A DNA stretch of 53,808 nt, filler included, from Sphacelaria rigidula (Eukaryota): NCBI GenBank assembly GCA_964200075.2. It is 4 parts of 4 records of this genome, joined end to end, with 100 filler letters (N's around TTAATTAATTAA, not from the genome) between each part and the next. Parts side by side here need not be neighbours in the genome. Positions count along the whole stretch, not along the records: positions 40,433 to 53,808 come from CAXNAA020002927.1; 3 more parts are not named here. One strand, 5' to 3'. The notes beneath the pieces are model-generated. The model made no database searches and was not told the origin of the DNA. It was given only the letters and a program-made list of their open reading frames with translations. Shown here in pieces: positions 45,130-53,808 of this stretch (the first letter of the stretch is position 1; every line of letters starts with the position of its first letter). The position numbers and the translations under genes were made by a program.

Positions 45130-47760
45130 GTACGCAGGAAAACCCCGTAACACCGCCGAATAGTTAGACCGCCCGCTACTGCAACCGTCCGTGCGTGATG
45201 CGCTTAAAAAGGCGTGTTTCGTCTCCCTGGGTAAGGGCCCCTGCGAACCAGAGTTAATTCTTGCGGTTATTTGTCTCGATACGTTCGTAGTTGGTCATCT
45301 CGAGCCACAGACAGCTCTGTAATGAATCAATCTTGTAGCCCGTTCGACCTCTCCTGCGGAATACAACCACTCGTAGCAAAATTTTGTGACGGGCTATGCG
45401 CAGACTGTTGAAGCCCTCAGAACGAAACGTGCATGTGACACATCCGTACAAAAGCGCATCCACCACCTCCGCATTCAGCAGCCGGACTTTCAAGGATAGC
45501 TTGGCGTTGGGTCGATCTCACAGTCGGGGCCAACGCTTTTGGAGACGTACCCTCACCGCGCTGATGCGGCGATTGATTTCGATGAACTGTTTTCCGCATC
45601 CGCGCTGACAGCACAAAGGCAGGCAAACTCGGCCGTCTGCTTATACCGTTGACCGACTGCGCTGGTGTGCAGTTCAGCTGAACCCGAGCTCGCACGCCTT
45701 CGCGAAACGTACGGATGATCGTAATCATTCGCAGCGGGACTCATAGCGGGCAAGCACTCCTCACAGGAAAGTGCGGTGTACGGAATCGTAGGCTTTCTGC
45801 CGGTCGATGAAGCATATGTTCAGTGGGACATTACTCGCCCGTCCCTCCTGTGTTCGGCGTACTATAATACAAACATAATGTCGGTGGACGATCGTTGGCG
45901 TCGGAATCCGCACTGCTCTTCCGGGAGGATATCTGTTTCCTCGCATAAATCACCGAGCCTGTTGGCTACGGTTTTGAGAAGAACTTCCCCGGCATGCGCC
46001 AGAAGTGAGATGCCCCTGTGGTTACCGCACTCGGTCCTATCCTTCTCATTGTGTAGCGCTTTGATGATGACATCTTTCCACTCCTGCGGCTCACCTCGTC
46101 AGACGTCCAGGCCGCAGCGATGATGCTGTCGAAATGGTGCAGAATATCCGACGCCGCCCCGCTCAGGCCGAGCTTCAGGAGTCGGGCAGGTAGACCATCC
46201 GGACCCATCGCTTTGCCATTCGCGATAGCTCTCAGAGCCTCCTCAGTTCCCCTTGGGCTTGGCGGGTCTCTCCAAGTGACAGCGTTATCGGTCGTTGCAA
46301 AATGTGCTCGATGACGAGTCAGTCGACGGCTGCCGATATGGTGCTTACTCATGTGAAAAAGTACCAGTCTCATATTTCACTGCTTGAACCTTTGCCGCGC
46401 AGTATGTTCCCGTCCCCGTCTCGGATGCACTGCTCGCTCTCTACTTGTCGCTCCAACAGTCTCCAGCCTCCTTTGAGATGTCTTTACCATCCCCTCAGGT
46501 CCCCAACTCAAATATACTCCTTTCAACTCTCCAGCATACACATCCAGGTACTCGTTCAACCCAGCGTGGATAACGTTTTCTATTTTTTCGCACGCTGTTC
46601 GCAATTTGCGGCATGCGGGTTTATATCTCGATGGTCCCGGTCGCACCGTCGATCTCGCCCTTTCCCTTTCATTCGAGGCATGTTCGGACTCCGTTCGGAT
46701 GGCTGCATCCTCGAACCACCCCGGTATACGTGGCTTTCGGGTCAGGCGGGGTACCACCCTTTCAGCCGCACTCAGGAGGAGTACGTCGGCAAAGTTCGCA
46801 GCCAGTGTACTGACTGTATCGCCTGGTCTACCCTGTGTGAGCTCGCTGATGATGAGCTGGGTGTGTTGTTCACGTATGCCAGTGTCGAATATTTTTGCCC
46901 GCCCGTCGATCGGTTTGCGCCCAACTGGGATTCGCCTAGGTCTGTTGTCTGCGAAGCGGCGAAGGAGCCGCACTGAGGCGCGTGCGATATTGTTGTCGGA
47001 ATTCGGCGAGTTGGATGGTTGAAGGTGGACGGTGACATTGCGAACAAGCTTGCGATGATCTTACCGTGCAACGTGTTTTTTGTACGCGGGACGATTCGCA
47101 ATATATTTCAACGTATACGATGTGCCTCTGTTGAGGACGGAGAATAACGTGTTGACCAGGGCAAGCCTGTTGTCAGCTTCAGATTGTAGTGGAGATCTGC
47201 CGTTAATATCGTTGATTCGGGAATCCCGGCCGTTTACCCCCACTATTTCACGTCCCTCCTCGCCTGTTCGTACCCCAGTCCTAGCGTTAGCGTCTGGGGA
47301 CACGGTTCACACTGCCGTCCAACTCATTGTCCAGAATATATATTTTGTCTTGGCTTTTGATGTGTGTGCAGTCACAGGCAACTACAAACGTGCCAGCATT
47401 TGATTTGCCTGGGAGGTTGAAAATCTTCGGCATGAGGTGTTCGCTGATGAGTGCCTGAATCCACGTCGCCTTTTTAATGGTCGACTCTTTGACCAACAAC
47501 CCGACCCCATGTTGTCCAGCCCTTCCCTTGCCTCATTCCGTCCCGCAGCAGAAGACACGATACCCCGCCGCAACAAACCCGGTGCGACCCGCTCTCCTCG
47601 TCTTCTGCAGTCCGATGACGTCACAATCCACCGCTTGATATTTTCGCAGAACCGCCTCAGCATGGTCAGCTCCGTTCCTTCCCCGTGAGGGACAGTGCAT
47701 GGACGCTGTAGGTCGCCACTTTAAGCTCTCCTATACGCGACCTAGCGCTATCCTTCTCTA
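45130..47760 (-). mobile_element. RTE-like LINE pseudogene (APE endonuclease and RT, internally deleted)
   Basis: APE: LKVATYSV, GLQKTRR, DANARTG, LALVNTLF, SDNNI. RT: ALRAIANGKAMGPDGLPA, ECGNHRGISL, EEQCGFR, CFIDRQKAYDSV. The YADD region is missing near 45670. Thumb: LKVRLLNAEVVDALLYGC. Confidence 0.9.
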
Positions 47761-49362
47761 CATTAACACGCCCCTCTCTTTGCTCTGCTCCTCTCTTCAT
47801 GTTGTTTCGCCTTCTTATTTTACGTGCGGGTTTGTGTTTCTGTTCTGATTTTTCGTTGGCACGTCCGTCACGGTACTTGCCTTGCGTTTTGGTCCCGCGG
47901 TGAGAGTGCAGCCTGCGCAGCCTGCGTCGGCCGCTAGCTCCATTCCGCTGAGTCTGGCACTTACTCACACGTGTCTCACCTGTTCCATCAGTGTGCTTCC
48001 TGTGACAAGTAAAACTCTGCAGCTGCGGTGTTTAGTCTGGCTCTCAGTAAGGGGTGAAACTGAGCAGCTGCAGGATTGAGCCTGGAGCTCGGCGCTGTCG
48101 GCATGATCCATTGCCCAAACAGTGTGTTGGATCACCACGACACGGAAGACACAGAGCAGTGTGTAGGTCATGTCACTCTCTCCCACGCGTTGGTTGCGTC
48201 GTGGTTGGGAATAGCTTACCCCGACACAATCATCCCCAGTCGGGCGGCCGGGAGGTGGTTCAGAGCACATAAAAGACAGTAAAATACCCAACCCCACATT
48301 CCGCTACCGAGCTCGGGGGGCGGGGATGAAATATTGGAAAGACGGTACATTATAACACCCAAAAGACCGCGTGGGGGAAGCAGGAACTCAAACAGCAAAA
48401 ACAGCACGCAGAAACGCCTTGTGCTGAAATAGAGTCTTGTCAAACCAACGCAGTATCACTATCATAGCCGCCGCAGCAACCATACCAACAACCTACCAGG
48501 AATCTATACCAACCCCGCAAGGAAGGCTAGCTTCAGAACAATACACACCGTGCCAACAAGTGACATGGAGCAATCGCTTCCGCGTCACTTCCACTGCCGA
48601 AGGCCCCGTTTGGTGGCCAGGAAAGATGTACCAGAAACATATACTGCCTCACGAAAATCCGGCCCTCGGTAAACAAAACTCTGGGAGGAAACCCCGATTC
48701 CTGGGAAAGAAAACTCTCGGCACCAGCGCTATGCGCCTCGTAACGACACGAACGATATACTCCATCCACCCCCATCTACCACTACCTAGTGTGAAGGACG
48801 GGAACTATACATGAGAAATTCAACACATGATGACACCCACCCACCCCATTTGCCATCACGGGCGAGAGAGTGAGGGGATTGAGCAGCAGAAAAACGATGA
48901 ACTAGCTTCATGTTCTCGAACATGTGATCACGTTCAACCTGTCAAACCTTCCCAGGAAATTCTCCCGCTCCTGCACAAAACGACGATTCCTCTTTTTTTA
49001 GACGGAAGCGATCCTATTGAGAGAGAGTCGTCGAGATCCTTCGGTAGACTGCACATCTTTTCCAGCACTGGGCCTCTTATGTGAAGAAAAACAACCTTTG
49101 TGATTTATGTGACCACCCGGGGAGAGGCACTTCTTAACGCACGGTACATACAGGTTGTGGCCTTGCGCGGTGGGTGCTTCATTCTGTGGAGAGAAGCCTG
49201 TGTTTCACTCTGACTGACGGTTCATGCCGCAACGATGTAGTTGTGTAGACATTGCATGCTGATTCTCAGTTTGCTCAACGATTTGCACAGTTTCGTTGGA
49301 AGTCGTCGGCTGGTTGTTCCTACGCCCCACCATGCCGCCATGTTTGCCCCTCCCCGTCTCAG

Positions 49363-50254
49363 ATAAACTTCAAGTCAGAGGTCGGCGATCACCCGTTAAC
49401 CCTCACCGTACAGCTGGACGTGTCCAGCAGGGCGGGTCTCAAAAGGCTCGGCAAAGCCACTCACGTGTTCACTTTTCAACCCACCAGCGCGACAACCAGA
49501 CCAGGTACACCCGCCAATAAGTCGCTTTCTAAGCTCTCTGGGGACGTAGATGAGTCCCCGCAAGCGCCTGTGGCAACGGCGATCAGTGAGGAGAATTCTG
49601 CAGAGTCGAGATTATCCGCAGCGGATACCGCAGCAGAAGAGGACAGTGAAGGCATGATGACTGAGGTGGGGGAAGAGGAGGGCGCGACCACTCTTGCTGC
49701 AGATCCAGACGTCGTGGTGTTCGTTCACGATAGGGTGAGTTGTGCTTTCCGAAAGTAGTGGAGGGCATGGTGGTCATGGCGACCGGGGTCGTTGCGGCGG
49801 TGGAGGTGCGGCAGTAACGCCGGGTTTTGCTCCGTCGTTCGTTTTCGACAGTTTAAGCTTGGTTCGGGTACTGTGGCGTCTCGTGATAAATGCGCCAGGA
49901 AGTTGTCAGGTAACCTTGCGAAAGAGTTATTTTCTTCTCCTCATCTCTCTCCTGTGCATGCGGTTCTCCCGCTGCTCACTATTCGAGCACACGCGTGTAA
50001 ACTTGTCTCTCTTGACATCGATGCATTATCGCCTGTCGCAGTACGACGGACACAAGGAGCTCTACGTAAACCAGCGGCTGGTGTACTCTGTGAAGAAGGA
50101 GTGCACCGACGGGAACATGAATTGTTGGTCCCTTCGGCTATCGTTCGGGCGTGTCAATCTCCAACTGACCGCCAAGCTCATCAGCGCCAGCGGCTTTGAG
50201 TACACTATGAGACTTGGAAACCGCAAGGGCGTGATTCTGTACAGGGCTTGCTGA
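49363..50254 (+). CDS. 3' exons of a host gene with a possible FAIM-like beta domain
   Basis: Exons 49363-49734 (CAG/GTGAGT) and 50042-50254 (CAG/stop) join in phase 0: DVVVFVHDR|YDGHKELYVNQRLV..SASGFEYTMRLG, resembling FAIM1 IEFEHGTTSGKRVVYVDG..AISGFAYEYTLEING. Upstream exon probably from 48956. Confidence 0.45.
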
Positions 50255-53200
50255 CACGAAACAGCCTTGTTGGCGTCTTGTTCTTCATTGTTTCCCCGCC
50301 ATTTTGTATACTGCATTACTCCATGTAAGGCTGGAAGCTAGAATTGCACAAGAAGCATCTTTTGCTCTCACGCTCGGTGTTTTTGCCCGGCGGTTTTCTC
50401 CTGGCAGGGGCTTGTATTTGATAAAAAGACCTCGTGCTTTTTGGCATGGCGATAGCTTCCTTCTAAGGCGTGTAGCTGAAAATAGGTTCCTTGTGTTCCT
50501 TGTACCACATGGGTCCGTGCAGATTTCTTTGCTCATTGAGTTCATCGCTTGGTCGGGCCCTGTCCTTGGCCCTATCATCATAGCTTTGTACGCACGAGGT
50601 TCGCCGAACATGACGTTCATCAGACTCGACCTGTCTTGTGGTTGTAGTTTTATAGGCCTCTGTGCATCTGCTTTCCCCTCAAACCTCAACGGCGTTTATA
50701 CGTTTCCACGCACGACCGTACCCGGCGCTATTTCGCAGTTGATTCCATACCGGTCCGCGGTTCGCTTGTCGTGTAAGAAACTACCTTCATCGCGAGGAAA
50801 ATTATTGCTTGTTCGCGTGAAGTCCTGTCGTCTGTCCCATTTCTTATGTATATTGTACACTGCCACCTTATTGAGAAGCCGGTGATGTATGATCGTCTTT
50901 TGTATTCCTTGTGGTGCAGGCAGGTACCCCCGTGTTTTGTGGCTCGTCGTGTCGCTGATTCCGTACCTGTACTCATTTGACAGCACATCGTGGGTCCTCC
51001 TTGAAAAAATATTGCGAGCTGTTAATAAGAGTTAGTTAGTTGTTCACCAGTACTCGGTGTGTGTTTGTGTTATCTTTGTCAATATGTGGATGGTACTGGT
51101 GTGTGCCCTCCCTTGCGACTACGGTGCGCGCGTTCCTTAGCGCTTCACTCGGAGCTGCAGCGTCCGTCCGTCGCGGGGTGTTCGAAGCGGCACCCGGTAC
51201 GAGTACAGTTGTGTGTCCAAGTGCTGTAGGTTACAGTACCTCTCGAGTGTGTATGCTACTTATTTTTTTACTGTTTCACGCGTGCTGCAGTTTCTCCGTA
51301 CTGTACGGTATGTAGGCCGGCCTAAAAGCTCATTTTTCTGCTCATATTCGGTGCCAATTGATTGATTGTGCCACCTGTGAATTTGTCGTGGTGCATGATA
51401 CGATTGCGGTTCCTCACAACTATCCGCCGTGGTTGGGGCAATCCATTGAGCGATGTAGGTGCGTGGGTTTTTGGCTTTTTGTTCAGTTGGTTTTTGACTT
51501 CCGCTCGTTGTGGTGTTGATCCTTACCTTCGTCTCTTCTTTGTCTGTGCTTTGTCTCGAATTTTCTGTGTTGGGAATATGTCTTTGTATTCTTTTGTCTT
51601 ACTTCCGGCTTTATATTCCTGTGTTTTGGGTCTTGTTCATGCTACAAAGTTCTCGTCCTTACCAGTCCGCTGTTTCATGTCGAATACTGCAGTGGTGTGC
51701 GTATGTAAATATTTGGGAGTCACATGAGCAGCAAGTAGTTCATGCCCCAGAGGTTTTTCAATTCGTTACGGTCATTAAAGATTGGTTTTTTCCTCGCTTC
51801 GAATTTCCGATTTGAGGGTATGGTATGCCAACCACACAAGGTAAAGGTTCAACTTTTTGTCTTGAATTCAATGATTTTCCGCGACCCCACCTAGCCCGCC
51901 AACAACGTTGAGCGTATGTTATATACGCACCGCCTCCAGCTCCACTGGAACTCCATGTGTACGTACAAGAGTTGTTTTATTTTCCTTCGCACATGTACAT
52001 ACATGTCCATGTTCTGTTATCAGATGCATGTAAGCGAGCGCTGTCTTCACATGGGATTCGGCCGACGTGTGCCTTCTACCAGTGAGTATCATTTTCGTTC
52101 CCAGCACAGATTGCGGGAACAACACCATTTCTCGGACATGCACAAAAAAGGAAGGGCCGGAGTATTGAAAATGCCCTGCACGCCCCCAACTCACGCGGGC
52201 ACAACAAGAGGCAGCGGAGAACTCGCACACATCGTGAAAACGATATATTCATGTGGTACGGTAAAGTCTCCGTGACGGGGGGTAAAAGTCCACTCTTTGA
52301 ACCTGACCCTCGCCAATTTTCCATTGTTTTCGGATCTTCTCCCCCCTGGCGTTTGACCCCCGTGCGACCACGACTTTACCGACAACCATCGCGCAAACGG
52401 TCGACCTGGAACAAAGTCCACCTTCTGAGTTGGCGTGTGTTTTTTTCTCCCGGTTGACTGAACTACCCCGTTCGTGGAGAATGTTCTTTGAAAAATGCAC
52501 GTCTCCACTCACCTCCGGCAGACACGGACAATCGACCACGCGGTGGATCTGTGTTACCGCTGATGTTGATGTTGTGATGAGGTCATCCGGTATCATGTGC
52601 CCCTGCAACGCGTGTGTCGACCTGTCACGTTCGACTGGACAAGCCGGACGCAAGAGTGGTCTGCGCTGAAATCAAGGGTATACAGGAAGACCAAAACACG
52701 CTTAGAGCTATGTTTTTTAGTATCTTTTTCACTACAGGCTGGTTCACGGGAAAAAAACCAAATTCTGTCATCGCAAATGCCTTCTCCAATACGCACCCAA
52801 TAGTCGCATACATGGTATCATACTGACTGCAATGAACAGGCGAAGAGGGTGACATAGCCGGATTTTTGTTCAAGGCTATAGAGGTGGCGCTATGAACAGA
52901 AATGTGTCCCGACCAATCAGCGCCTTTCAAACTGTTCCGAAATTGAAAATACGAATTCCAAGCCCAATTTCCACCGAATCTCCACATGAGTTATAATCGT
53001 AGTGACCGTCATCACCTCAAGAATCTAACGGGAGAAACGGGTTTGAAAACGGTTCCAACGGGGTCAAATTATACCCGAAACCGTAATCTTTCGGTGATGT
53101 GAAGTTTGGCGTCGTCTAATTTCCGCTCATGATAATCCGCAGGGAAGACTCAGGGAGCCTCGTGACGATTTCCCTTGTATATGTTGTAGAAAAGCTCAGA

Positions 53201-53656
53201 TCATCCTCAAACTTGGCAGTTCCGTAGGTATTGATGCTCAAAATTGGAAAATTGTGTTGTTGGCGAGGGTTGAAAATTTCTCCGTTCGCTACCGGCTTCC
53301 GGGGGTCCCAGTACAAAGACCCCCGGGAGGCGGTACAGAAGGTCTCAAAAGAGAAAATAGTAACATGATGCGTCCCGGGATGGACCAAGAAACACATGTA
53401 CGAAGTTTGGTGGAGCAACTTGAAAACCCCATACAGTTTTTCCTGCCTTGACGTAAAATTCACCCTAAAAAATGTTTTCATACTCAAACCAAGTAGTAAG
53501 GAGTTCGCACGTTTTAAGCTCATAACCTCGCACAAACGTGCAAATCTTCACGCATTTATTAGGAGTTAGACCCTGAAACTTCACACATGTGCTATGAATT
53601 ACGCAAGTTTCGATCAACGAGATTTTTCTATTTCTTGATTTGTTTTTACCGTTTTG

Positions 53657-53808
53657 GACACTTTTTACGATAGCCCCCCCCCCAAAAAGCCCAGCGCAAA
53701 GTGTCACAAAAAAACTGGCCATACAGCGCCTGATGTTCGGCTTCAGGCTGCATGAAGCGCCTCATATTGGCGACATTGGCTAGAACGAACCCAAGCGTGG
53801 GAATTCCC
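53657..53808. mobile_element. Second copy of the 30382-30624 MITE, inverted, cut by the window end
   Basis: GACACTTTTTACGATAGCCCCCCC..GGCCATACAGCGCCTGATG..CATGAAGCGCCTCATATTGGCGACATTGGCTAGAACGAACCCAAGCGTGG matches the reverse complement of ~30470-30624. Confidence 0.92.

Noticed and set aside
50285-50990. Minus-strand ORF pair (134 and 96 aa)
   Set aside because: No identifiable domain; probably decayed repeat sequence.
52250-53650. Non-coding repeat-like block with a short resemblance to 14430-14465
   Set aside because: Similarity too short, and no termini or TSD found.

Overview
Eukaryotic, transposon-rich DNA. The LINE and LTR-element styles and the intron-rich genes suggest a brown alga or other stramenopile (inference, not verified). 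The window is four ~13.4-kb segments joined by identical artificial 100-nt spacers (N44-TTAATTAATTAA-N44), so linkage across the spacers cannot be assumed. Segment 1 holds a decayed Ty3/Gypsy element on + (gag CCHC knuckle, PR, RT, RH, IN, chromodomain, then a PWWP-like domain), a candidate long LTR with PBS, and the start of a second element. Segment 2 holds a near-complete decayed Ty3/Gypsy element on -. Its Pol carries, in frame between RNase H and integrase, a ~300-aa domain with the motif order of a C5 cytosine DNA methyltransferase but without the catalytic PC and ENV motifs. The same element has a CCCH finger in Gag, a WLDD RT active site and a chromo-like plus Tudor integrase tail. An internally deleted sister copy faces it tail-to-tail, and a TA-flanked hairpin MITE sits in a third LTR fragment. 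Segments 3-4 contain LINE remnants (RTE-like), MITEs, minisatellites, a spliced non-RD protein kinase gene and the spliced 3' end of a possible FAIM-like gene. The best lead is the methyltransferase-bearing Gypsy element with chromatin-reader domains. All domain calls are by-eye motif matches; no database searches were run.
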